This document shows, in pieces, positions 29,471 to 37,634 of a stretch of DNA of 64,000 nt (its first letter is position 1; the number at the start of each line of letters is the position of its first letter). The notes under the pieces were generated by a model. That model was not told where the DNA came from and searched no databases. It saw only the letters and a list, made by a program, of their open reading frames with translations. The translations under genes and the position numbers were made by a program. The stretch comes from Candidatus Levyibacteriota bacterium (GTDB lineage: Bacteria > Patescibacteriota > Microgenomatia > Levybacterales > UBA12049), in contig CAWBPM010000003.1 in NCBI GenBank assembly GCA_963790825.1, positions 125,681 to 189,680 of the forward strand. Direction: 5' to 3'.

Positions 29471-29749
29471 ATGGCTAAAAAGAGAAAAACATTAAGAGAG
29501 AAAATTCTGGCAGAAAGAAGACAGAAAGAGCTGGCTACTCACCAACAGATATTTTCTCCTCAATCCCCCATCCGCGAGGTTATCCATGCTTACCAACCCG
29601 ATACCCCAGCTCCCAAAATTACACCGACTACAGCAATTACTACTCAAAATTATAATTTTCTTTTCCCGGACCTGAGAAAAACTGTATTTGTTACAGGGCT
29701 TATCATTGTTTCCCAATTAGTACTTTTCTTTATCATGAAAGGTCATTAA
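29471..29749 (+). CDS. Hypothetical small protein with basic N-terminus and C-terminal TM helix
   Basis: MAKKRKTLREKILAERRQKE... then FVTGLIIVSQLVLFFIM. Confidence 0.3.
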   Translation: MAKKRKTLREKILAERRQKELATHQQIFSPQSPIREVIHAYQPDTPAPKITPTTAITTQNYNFLFPDLRKTVFVTGLIIVSQLVLFFIMKGH

Positions 29750-29772
29750 GGGATGAAAGGGGGTGATTTTTC

Positions 29773-29916
29773 AATGGCTTCAATGTATTGTGTTAAATGT
29801 CGCGCCAAGCGCGATGTAAATAATCCAGAGCACGTTACCATGAAAAATGGTAAACCGGCAATGAAAGCAAAGTGTCCAGTCTGCGGTACAGGAATGTACA
29901 AAATTGGCGCAGCCTA
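29773..29916 (+). CDS. DUF5679-like zinc-ribbon small protein (47 aa; below the ORF-track size cutoff)
   Basis: MASMYCVKCRAKRDVNNPEHVTMKNGKPAMKAKCPVCGTGMYKIGAA has a CxxC...CxxCG ribbon. RBS AAGGGGGTGA upstream. An intrinsic terminator follows. Confidence 0.6.
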
Positions 29917-29960
29917 ATTGTTGTGATAGTCTTCTTGAGAATCCTGATCAGATACTCAAG

Positions 29961-29995
29961 AAACAAAGATAAAAACCCTACCTATTAGGTGGGGT
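29961..29995 (+). terminator. Rho-independent terminator
   Basis: aaaaaccctacct-att-aggtggggttttt: ~11-bp GC-rich stem with one G-U pair, then TTTTTGTTGTTTTT. Confidence 0.7.
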
Positions 29996-30013
29996 TTTTG
30001 TTGTTTTTGTTGA

Positions 30014-30041
30014 TTGACTTATAGAATAATTTTACTATAAT
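30014..30041 (+). promoter_or_regulatory. Near-consensus sigma70 promoter (TTGACT-N16-TATAAT) for the XRE regulator
   Basis: ttgact at 30014-30019 and tataat at 30036-30041. ATG at 30052. Confidence 0.6.
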
Positions 30042-30051
30042 ACTGTATCGT

Positions 30052-30285
30052 ATGACTAAAGAAGGAATTAGAAGAGGTCGTAAAATTATAGGAAGAGACA
30101 ATAGAGCTATAGATCCTAATAAGCTCCGCCAACTTCGCACAAGTTTTGGACTAAGACAAGCAGATGTTGCAAAACAGATAGGAGTTAGTACGGGATTAGT
30201 CTCTGCATGGGAACGGGGAAGTCAATCTAATTTGAGTCTTGAACAAAGAACTGCTTTAGGACAAATATTGGGAGTAGACCAGTAA
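30052..30285 (+). CDS. XRE-family helix-turn-helix transcriptional regulator
   Basis: LRQLRTSFGLRQADVAKQIGVSTGLVSAWERG is a classic HTH_XRE. Ends at TAA, which is in frame with a downstream repeat-containing reading frame. Confidence 0.75.
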   Translation: MTKEGIRRGRKIIGRDNRAIDPNKLRQLRTSFGLRQADVAKQIGVSTGLVSAWERGSQSNLSLEQRTALGQILGVDQ

Positions 30286-30335
30286 GATTTAATAAGAGAA
30301 CAAGCAACAAAACCGACCAGTCAAACTGATAATTT

Positions 30336-30456
30336 AGCAGCAGAGATAAGTGGATTACGTGCAGAAATAATAGACTTGTATTATGAGTTAACTGAAGCAA
30401 GTGGGTTACGCACAGAAATAAACGATTTGTGTCATGAGTTAGCAGAAGCAAGAGGT
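30336..30456 (+). repeat. 51-nt (17-codon) tandem direct repeat, 2.3 copies, in frame downstream of the XRE stop
   Basis: Units encode AEISGLRAEIIDLYYEL / TEASGLRTEINDLCHEL / AEARG.... ~75% nt identity between units. Confidence 0.7.
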
Positions 30457-30658
30457 AGTTTTTATAGGAAAGTAATTATTCAACCAACCATGCCATCAGC
30501 ACCGCTAATTACCAACCCAAACGGTTTGCAACTCAAGAGAAATAGTATCCATCAAAGAACGATCTAACTATAACTCGTAGAGCCACATCATCTCTTCCAG
30601 AACCGGAGTAATCTCTCTATTCTTAATTGATCGTTAGAAAAAGCAACTAGTGAGGGTC

Positions 30659-31042
30659 TTAAGGATTTTTAAGCCGTGTTATTACTCCATCTGCAATATC
30701 TAATGCAAGAGGAGAATTAATTACATGTCTACTTTCCACATTGAATGTTCCTCTCTGAAATAAGAGTTCATCAACGATAATACTTTGCTTACCAGGATTA
30801 GCTCTTATGGTTTGCACAAAATAATAGCCAATTATGTCATTATCTCTCCGGGTCGTAATTTCAACCTCTGAACCAGTTGTGTTTCGTGTAAGCTCATAGG
30901 GCATATCATTTACCGTCACAATAGTGGATTTGTGTCCTTCCCCTTTTAAGTGACTATTTACTGCAGTGAAGACCGAATCTGTAGTTTGTCGCAAGTCTTC
31001 ACGATCTTCACGAGAGGCACGAGGAATTTCAAGAGATTGCAT
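30659..31042 (-). CDS. Hypothetical 127-aa protein, convergent with the XRE regulator
   Basis: No recognisable motif. Compact predicted alpha/beta protein. Confidence 0.3.
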   Translation of the reverse strand: MQSLEIPRASREDREDLRQTTDSVFTAVNSHLKGEGHKSTIVTVNDMPYELTRNTTGSEVEITTRRDNDIIGYYFVQTIRANPGKQSIIVDELLFQRGTFNVESRHVINSPLALDIADGVITRLKNP

Positions 31043-31126
31043 ATTAATTTTCTCTACTATATCTCAACAAATAACTATTTGCAATACGCTTGTCTCACTA
31101 CGCACTCTCACGTATAATAAGAAGCT

Positions 31127-32908
31127 ATGAAGGAAATTTGGAAAATCGTTAAATATACAACTGTTTTTCGGTCTTATTATATCTCAACCGGTATCTTCGT
31201 CATTGTCATTGCGCTTCTTAATCAAGCGGCGCCGCTTCTTACCAAACAGATTGTTGATTTAATCGTTGCCAAATTAAAAGGTCAACACGCAGAAGTGAAT
31301 CAGATTGTAATTTTAATTCTTCTCATTGTTCTTGCAAATGTACTGGTCAGTATAGCTACGGTTATTTCTCAGTATATAGGCGATATTCTTCAAGTAAAAC
31401 TTAACAATTATTTAATGGAAAAATATTATAAACATGTCCTTGGACTTTCAATAGATTATTATGATAATGAAATTACCGGAAAAATTGTCAATAGGCTTGA
31501 GCGAGGCATTTTTAACATTACCAATCTTTTGTCGCAAATGACAAATAATTTTCTGCCGTTTTTTGTCTCAACACTTGTTACTCTGATTATTATAAGTTTA
31601 TACAGCTGGGAACTTGCTCTGTTGCTTTTTGCTTTGTTCCCTTTTTATATTTGGATTTCGCACAAGTCATCGGTTGCCTGGCGGAATATTGAAAATCAAA
31701 AAAATGAAATTTACGATATAACGAACGGCAGAATATTTGAGGCATTATCGTCAATCCGAGTGGTGAAATCGTTTCTCCGCGAAGTGATCGAGCATACGTT
31801 TTTACATCAGAAACGGAATGAGATTACTTTACTTACAATAAAGCAGTCGAGAGATTGGCATAAATATGATTTTTACCGTCGGATTTTACTCAACGCAGTT
31901 CTCCTCTCGGTTTTTGCTTATATTATTTATTTTACCTTCAAAGGCAAATATACGATTGGCGAGATGACCTTACTCTTGCAGCTTTCCCAACAAGCACAGT
32001 TTCCGCTGTTTGCCATGAGCTTTATTATCGGGCAGATTCAACAGGCACAAGCGGGGTCCAAAGATTTTTTTGAGACACTTGAAAAACAAACAACGGTTAG
32101 AGATAAAAGAGATGCGAAAGAATTAATGCATGTCAAAGGAGCGATTTCTTTTAAAAATGTCGATTTTACTTATAGCAAAGGGGGACAAGTTCTGTCCGAT
32201 ATTTCATTTTCTATTACTCCCGGTAAAAAACTGGCAATTATTGGCGAATCAGGAGAGGGAAAATCAACGATTGCGAATTTACTTCTTCGTTTTTACGAAC
32301 CGCAATCAGGAAACATCATAATTGATGGCAAAGATATTACTGATCTGACACAAGAAAGTTTGCGCAAAAATATCGGTGTTGTTTTCCAGGATACGTTTTT
32401 ATTTGCCGGAACGATTTTTGAAAATATTTCTTATGGAAAAGAAAATGCGAGCAAAGAAGAAATCATCGGGGTCGCGAAAATTGCTAATGCGCATGAATTT
32501 ATTACTCATCTACCTAAAGGTTATGACAGTGAGATTGGCGAGCGGGGAATAAAACTATCGGGGGGTCAGAAACAAAGAATCGCAATTGCTCGGGCTTTAC
32601 TCAAAGATCCACCGATTTTGATTTTTGACGAGGCGACCAGCTCTCTGGATTCGAAAGCTGAATTTGAAGTACAAAAAGCTTTAAATAAGCTAATGGAGGG
32701 AAGAACTACGTTAATTATCGCCCACCGCCTTTCAACAATTCGTCACGTTGATCATATCGTCGTTTTGAAACAGGGAAGAATTGTCGAACAAGGATCTCCG
32801 AAAGTTTTGGAAGCAAAAAAAGGTGTATACGCGGAACTTCTGTCGTATCAAAATATGGGACCTGATGCCGAAGAAAAACTCCAGGAATTTCACATTGACG
32901 GGATATGA
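31127..32908 (+). CDS. ABC exporter, fused permease-ATPase (MsbA/ABCB type)
   Basis: Six-TM domain then Walker A GESGEGKST, signature LSGGQKQRIAIARAL, Walker B ILIFDEATSSLD and H-loop. Promoter TTGTCT-N17-TATAAT upstream. Confidence 0.85.
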   Translation: MKEIWKIVKYTTVFRSYYISTGIFVIVIALLNQAAPLLTKQIVDLIVAKLKGQHAEVNQIVILILLIVLANVLVSIATVISQYIGDILQVKLNNYLMEKYYKHVLGLSIDYYDNEITGKIVNRLERGIFNITNLLSQMTNNFLPFFVSTLVTLIIISLYSWELALLLFALFPFYIWISHKSSVAWRNIENQKNEIYDITNGRIFEALSSIRVVKSFLREVIEHTFLHQKRNEITLLTIKQSRDWHKYDFYRRILLNAVLLSVFAYIIYFTFKGKYTIGEMTLLLQLSQQAQFPLFAMSFIIGQIQQAQAGSKDFFETLEKQTTVRDKRDAKELMHVKGAISFKNVDFTYSKGGQVLSDISFSITPGKKLAIIGESGEGKSTIANLLLRFYEPQSGNIIIDGKDITDLTQESLRKNIGVVFQDTFLFAGTIFENISYGKENASKEEIIGVAKIANAHEFITHLPKGYDSEIGERGIKLSGGQKQRIAIARALLKDPPILIFDEATSSLDSKAEFEVQKALNKLMEGRTTLIIAHRLSTIRHVDHIVVLKQGRIVEQGSPKVLEAKKGVYAELLSYQNMGPDAEEKLQEFHIDGI

Positions 32909-32912
32909 GAAA

Positions 32913-33113
32913 CTATTCGCAACAGGGGTCTTTATAGCCGCAATTTGTACAGACGATGTCGCTGCTTCCCGGCATATCACCCATTGGGGCATTACAAACC
33001 GGACAATTCTGCACATGAGAAGGAGCTCCTGTTTTTTCGGAATCGTCGGAGATGATTTTATTTTTTACAAATTCTTCCGGCATATATTTTTTATTATATA
33101 TTAATCCAAACAA
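32913..33113 (-). CDS. Small Cys-rich zinc-ribbon protein
   Basis: CPVCNAPMG...CTNCGYKDPCC: CxxC-x15-CxxC with extra C-terminal cysteines. 66 aa. Confidence 0.35.
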   Translation of the reverse strand: MFGLIYNKKYMPEEFVKNKIISDDSEKTGAPSHVQNCPVCNAPMGDMPGSSDIVCTNCGYKDPCCE

Positions 33114-33469
33114 TCTTTAAGTACTGAAAGTCCCAAAAGCGCACATTTTTTGCGAGTTTCCGATATTTCAATTCCTAAAAGATTAAGTATATCATTAGCA
33201 TTTAGTTTTTTTAATTCTGTTTTGGGTTTTCCTTTCACAAATTCTGTAAGTAGAGAGGCACCTGCAATACTAATCGCACAACCCCTACCAATAAAACTAA
33301 TCTCGGTAATGGTATCTTTATCAAATTTTATAAATAATTCTATCTCATCTCCACAAAATGGGTTTAATTGCTTGGAAGACGCAGAAAAGTTAGCAAGTTT
33401 CCCGTGGTTTTGGGGACGGCGGAAATGCTCTAGAATTTCTTCACGATATATGTTACTACTTGTCTGCAT
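33101..33469 (-). CDS. sufU: Fe-S cluster assembly scaffold SufU/NifU-like
   Basis: NPFCGDEIELFIKF and GRGCAISIA motifs. 122 aa. Confidence 0.8.
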   Translation of the reverse strand: MQTSSNIYREEILEHFRRPQNHGKLANFSASSKQLNPFCGDEIELFIKFDKDTITEISFIGRGCAISIAGASLLTEFVKGKPKTELKKLNANDILNLLGIEISETRKKCALLGLSVLKDCLD

Positions 33470-33472
33470 ATT

Positions 33473-34708
33473 TTATTTAAATAATTTTTTCACAACTTTA
33501 ATACCAATAACGAGCTTATCGATATCTTCCTGGGTATTATACAACGATAAGCTTACTCTGGTAGTCGCGGGAATTCCAAGTCGAGTATGAAGCGGCATTG
33601 CACAGTGATGTCCTGCACGAACACAAATATTCATACTTCCTAACGACTCTGCGATATCATGCGGATGAATTCCATCCAGTTCAAAGGAAATAATACCGCA
33701 TCTATGCTCTTCGGAACCATAGATCGTAAGACCTTTTATTTTTTTCATTCGTTTTATCGCATAAGTAGTGAGCTCGTGTTCATGTTTTCGTATCGCTTCA
33801 AAGCCGATATTCTCAACATACTCGATTGCCGCACCGAGACTTATAATTCCGGCAATATTTTGCGTCCCTGCTTCAAATTTATAAGGCACGTCCGCGAAAG
33901 TAGTTTTTTCCCGGGTTACACTATACACCATATCTCCTCCGAATAGAAACGGCGGCATGGAATCGAGCAGTTCTTTTTTCCCGTACAATATACCGATGCC
34001 GGTTTCAGCAAATATCTTGTGTCCGGTAAATACGAGGAAATCTGCCCCCAATTTCTGAACATCAATTTGCATATGCGGAGCGGCTTGGGATGCATCAATC
34101 AGTACCTTCAGGTTTTGGTTCCGTTTTTTTATTTTTGCAATTATTTCCTCAAGCGGATTAACGGTACCCAAAACATTCGATACGGCGGTAAGTGCCAGAA
34201 ATTTTGCTTTTTGTAATAAAAAATCCGTATCTGAGGCTCGGTAAGCTTGAGCATTAAGCGCCTGGGGGATTTTTAATTTCCCTGAATCAGTGATATCAAT
34301 AATTTCAAGCTTCGCCTGCTTTTCAATACACAACTGTTGCCAGGGAACGAAATTCGCATGATGTTCCATGATTGTCGTGATCATGACGTCATTTTTTTGA
34401 ATATGTTCTTTTCCCCAGGTATGAGAAACGAGATTGATTGCTTCGGTGGCGTTTTTCGTAAAAATAATTTCTGATGGATTTTTGGCATTAATAAATTTCG
34501 CAACTTGACGCCTTACTTTTTCTACTGCTGCCGTCGCTTTTTCAGCAATCGGATAAAGTCCTCTGTGAATATTTGCGTTATACGTCTGGTAATATTCCAT
34601 TATCGCATCTAGGACTACTTGTGGCTTCTGGCTGGTTGCTGCAGAGTCAAGATAGACAAGGTCAGGATTATTTATAAAAATCGGGAAATCTGTTTTAAAA
34701 ACTGACAT
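33473..34708 (-). CDS. sufS: Cysteine desulfurase SufS (class V aminotransferase)
   Basis: PLP-lysine region (HKIFAETGIGILYG). Catalytic Cys loop (RAGHHCAMPL). 411 aa. Confidence 0.85.
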   Translation of the reverse strand: MSVFKTDFPIFINNPDLVYLDSAATSQKPQVVLDAIMEYYQTYNANIHRGLYPIAEKATAAVEKVRRQVAKFINAKNPSEIIFTKNATEAINLVSHTWGKEHIQKNDVMITTIMEHHANFVPWQQLCIEKQAKLEIIDITDSGKLKIPQALNAQAYRASDTDFLLQKAKFLALTAVSNVLGTVNPLEEIIAKIKKRNQNLKVLIDASQAAPHMQIDVQKLGADFLVFTGHKIFAETGIGILYGKKELLDSMPPFLFGGDMVYSVTREKTTFADVPYKFEAGTQNIAGIISLGAAIEYVENIGFEAIRKHEHELTTYAIKRMKKIKGLTIYGSEEHRCGIISFELDGIHPHDIAESLGSMNICVRAGHHCAMPLHTRLGIPATTRVSLSLYNTQEDIDKLVIGIKVVKKLFK

Positions 34709-34722
34709 ATTAATTCATTATA

Positions 34723-35325
34723 TTATGAATCTAGTGAAAAATGACGGTGTAACTTTTTTCTCACATTATTTTGATCTATCTTCGAAAGCAGCGTAAGGAG
34801 TGGCTCAAAAAAGCCTGAGATAATTAGTGTTTCTGCTTCTTTTTCCCCTATACCTCGGCTTTGCATGTACAATAATTGCTCCGGATCCGGTCTGCCGATT
34901 GTTGATCCATGGCCGGCTTTTACTTCGTTTTCATCAATCTCCAAAGATGGTACCGATCTGCCCCTTGCATCATCAAAAAGAAGAATTTTTGATTGAAAGA
35001 AACCTTGGGTATTCTTCGCACCTTTCATAATTTGCACCATGCCATCATTATTAAATTCCGACTTGTCCTTCATAACTGCACGAAGGGTAGTCAGACTTTT
35101 TGTATTAAGTCCGCTATGTATTACATTTGTCGTAAATCTAATGCTGTTTTCCGATGTAGCGAAAAAAATCCCAATAATAGTAAGTGCTGCATTATTACCT
35201 AACAATTTCGCAGTTAGGTGAATTTCTTTGATGTGCTTCAAATTATCCTTAGGACTAATCCAAACAATTGGAAGAATTACTTCCTCATTATTTTTAACAA
35301 TAAGTTTGATATGCTTTTCATTCAT
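34723..35325 (-). CDS. sufD: SufD-like Fe-S assembly protein (short, C-terminal beta-helix domain only)
   Basis: 200 aa with a SufB/D C-terminal region (GHGSTIGRPDPEQLLYMQSRGIGEKEAETLIISGF). Directly downstream of sufB. Confidence 0.65.
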   Translation of the reverse strand: MNEKHIKLIVKNNEEVILPIVWISPKDNLKHIKEIHLTAKLLGNNAALTIIGIFFATSENSIRFTTNVIHSGLNTKSLTTLRAVMKDKSEFNNDGMVQIMKGAKNTQGFFQSKILLFDDARGRSVPSLEIDENEVKAGHGSTIGRPDPEQLLYMQSRGIGEKEAETLIISGFFEPLLTLLSKIDQNNVRKKLHRHFSLDS

Positions 35326-35343
35326 GGAGACTTCTCATTATTT

Positions 35344-36735
35344 TTATCCGACACTTCCCGTCATTTCAAGCTGGATCAGTCGGTTCAATTCTACCGCGTA
35401 TTCCATCGGTAATTCTCTAACAATCGGCTCAACAAAACCATTGACGATCATTACTTCTGCCTGGGCTTGAGACATACCCCGAGACTGAAAATAAAATAAC
35501 TGTTCTTCACCAATTTTTGAAACACTGGCCTCATGCCCGATTGTTACTCGCTCTTCATTAATTTCCATCGTTGGATATGTATCACTCCTGCTTTTTGGGT
35601 CCAGAATCAAAGCGTCACATCTGACGGTCGACCTGCTATTTTTCGCACCTTTTACTACCCGTAGTAGTCCCCGGTAAGACGTCCTGCCGCCGTCTTTACT
35701 AATCGACTTAGAGGTAATTACCGAGCTGGTTTCCGGAGCCAGGTGAATTGCTTTTCCGCCGGTATCCTGATGCTGTCCGGAACCGGCAAAAGCCAAGGAT
35801 AAGATTTCGCCTCTTGCTTTTCTACCCCGCAAGCAAACACCCGGATATTTCATGGTTAATTGTGACCCCAAATTTCCATCAATCCATTCCCCAAATCCTT
35901 CTTCTTCGACAAACATGCGTTTGGTAACCAAATTATAGACATTTTTGCTCCAATTCTGAATGGTCGTATAGCGAACCCTCGCTCCTTTCATAATTAAAAT
36001 TTCGACTACCGCAGCATGCAGAGAATCCATCGTAAAAATCGGTGCAGTGCAGCCCTCGACGTAATGCACATATGACCCTTCATCGGCAATAATTAATGTC
36101 CTTTCAAACTGTCCCATACTGTGAGCATTGATACGAAAATAAGCTTGCAGTGGCAAATCGACATGAACTCCCGGCGGAACATAGATAAATGACCCGCCGG
36201 ACCAAACAGCTGTATTAAGCGCCGCGAATTTGTTATCCTCAGCCGGAATGATGGCAGCGAAATATTTTTTCAAGAGATCGGGATATTTTTGTAATGCAGT
36301 ATCGGTGTCGACGAAAATTACCCCTTTTTTCGCAAGCATTTTTGAAATTGAACTATAGACAACCTCCGAGTCATATTGCGCTCCGACTCCTGCCAGAAAC
36401 TTCTTTTCTGCTTCGGGAATACCGATTTTATCGTAAGTATTTTTAATCTCTTCAGGTAATCCTTCCCAGGTAGATGCTAGCTTACGCGTCGGTTTCACAT
36501 AGTAGTAAATTTCATTAAAGTTAATCTTATTTAAGTTTCCGCCCCATTGTGGCATTTTTTTGGCAAAAAATAGTTTTAGTGCGAGAAGGCGTTTTTCAAG
36601 CATCCAATCCGGTTCTTTTTTCATTTTCGAAATTGCACGGACTATATCTTCCGAAATGCCTTTTGGGGCTTTATAAAATGGTTTGCCTTTGTCATGAAAA
36701 CCGAATTGATAAGTAGATAAATCAAACTTTTGCAT
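35344..36735 (-). CDS. sufB: Fe-S cluster assembly protein SufB
   Basis: 463 aa. Conserved SufB C-terminal block ([35 protein letters not shown]). Confidence 0.85.
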   Translation of the reverse strand: MQKFDLSTYQFGFHDKGKPFYKAPKGISEDIVRAISKMKKEPDWMLEKRLLALKLFFAKKMPQWGGNLNKINFNEIYYYVKPTRKLASTWEGLPEEIKNTYDKIGIPEAEKKFLAGVGAQYDSEVVYSSISKMLAKKGVIFVDTDTALQKYPDLLKKYFAAIIPAEDNKFAALNTAVWSGGSFIYVPPGVHVDLPLQAYFRINAHSMGQFERTLIIADEGSYVHYVEGCTAPIFTMDSLHAAVVEILIMKGARVRYTTIQNWSKNVYNLVTKRMFVEEEGFGEWIDGNLGSQLTMKYPGVCLRGRKARGEILSLAFAGSGQHQDTGGKAIHLAPETSSVITSKSISKDGGRTSYRGLLRVVKGAKNSRSTVRCDALILDPKSRSDTYPTMEINEERVTIGHEASVSKIGEEQLFYFQSRGMSQAQAEVMIVNGFVEPIVRELPMEYAVELNRLIQLEMTGSVG

Positions 36736-36762
36736 AATAATCTGTCATCCCAATGACAATTT

Positions 36763-37560
36763 TTATATTCCCGCGTATCCTTCTTCCTCAATTTTTTTGA
36801 CTAATTTGATGTCTCCCGATTTCACTATTTTTCCATCTTTTAAGACATGTACCCTGTCAACTGGCAAGAAATGTAAAATCCGCTGATAGTGAGTAATTAT
36901 AAGAATGCCAGTATTATTTTCTTTTACTATGTTTCCGATCGCTTTTGCGACAATTTTTAAACTATCTACATCCAGTCCGGAATCAATTTCATCGAGAATT
37001 GCAAATTTGGGTTTTAATATCAGCATCTGTGCAATTTCGGCTCTTTTTTTCTCACCGCCTGAAAATCCCTCATTTAAGGACCGCTGCATAAAAGATTCGT
37101 CAAGCGAGACCGCGCATAACGCTTTTACTACTTGTTTTTTAAACTCGGATAAGGGAATTTTTTCTTCCGGGCGAAGTGCTTTTGCAGCGGTTCGTAAGAA
37201 TGCCAGAACGGAAACACCCGTGATATCAACAGGAGATTGAAATGAAACAAAAAGTCCGGCCCTGGCTCTCTCCTCTGGAGTTTTGTCCAGCATATTTTCA
37301 TTATCAATTTTGAATTTTGCATTTTGTTTGTCCCGCGCTTTGCCCTTCCGTAGCCTTTGGCGGAGGAGGGAAGCTTTGGCGACGTGGGAAATTCTACATT
37401 CGTAGCCCGGATGCCCCATGAGACTCATCGCGAGCGTTGATTTTCCGGCACCATTGGGACCCATAATCGCATGCACCTCGCCTGGCTTTATCGTCAAATT
37501 AATCCCATGGAGAATTTCTTTATCCGAGATCGATGATCGAAAGTTTTTCAGAACAAACAT
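36763..37560 (-). CDS. sufC: Fe-S cluster assembly ATPase SufC, with an in-frame ~22-aa insertion after Walker A
   Basis: Walker A GPNGAGKST, signature FSGGEKKRAEIAQM, Walker B ILDEIDSGLD. Extra RISHVAKASLLRQRLRKGKARDKQNAKFKIDNENM between Walker A and the Q-loop region. Confidence 0.85.
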   Translation of the reverse strand: MFVLKNFRSSISDKEILHGINLTIKPGEVHAIMGPNGAGKSTLAMSLMGHPGYECRISHVAKASLLRQRLRKGKARDKQNAKFKIDNENMLDKTPEERARAGLFVSFQSPVDITGVSVLAFLRTAAKALRPEEKIPLSEFKKQVVKALCAVSLDESFMQRSLNEGFSGGEKKRAEIAQMLILKPKFAILDEIDSGLDVDSLKIVAKAIGNIVKENNTGILIITHYQRILHFLPVDRVHVLKDGKIVKSGDIKLVKKIEEEGYAGI

Positions 37561-37634
37561 ACAAAGTAGGGATTAGTGTAGAGGAATTCTAAATAAACGT
37601 CAACTTATTAAGTTTGATTCAATGCTTACTAGTT

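Noticed and set aside
30336-30456. Tandem repeats downstream of the XRE gene considered as a possible CRISPR array.
   Set aside because: Only ~2.3 units, with no unique spacers. The units are 51 nt and keep an open reading frame encoding a 17-aa peptide repeat. This is a coding tandem repeat, not repeat-spacer architecture.
36736-36762. Small inverted repeat 'tgtcat-ccca-atgaca' between sufB and sufC considered as a regulatory element.
   Set aside because: The stem is only 6 bp and AT-rich, and it sits in a 27-nt intergenic spacer. That is too weak to call.
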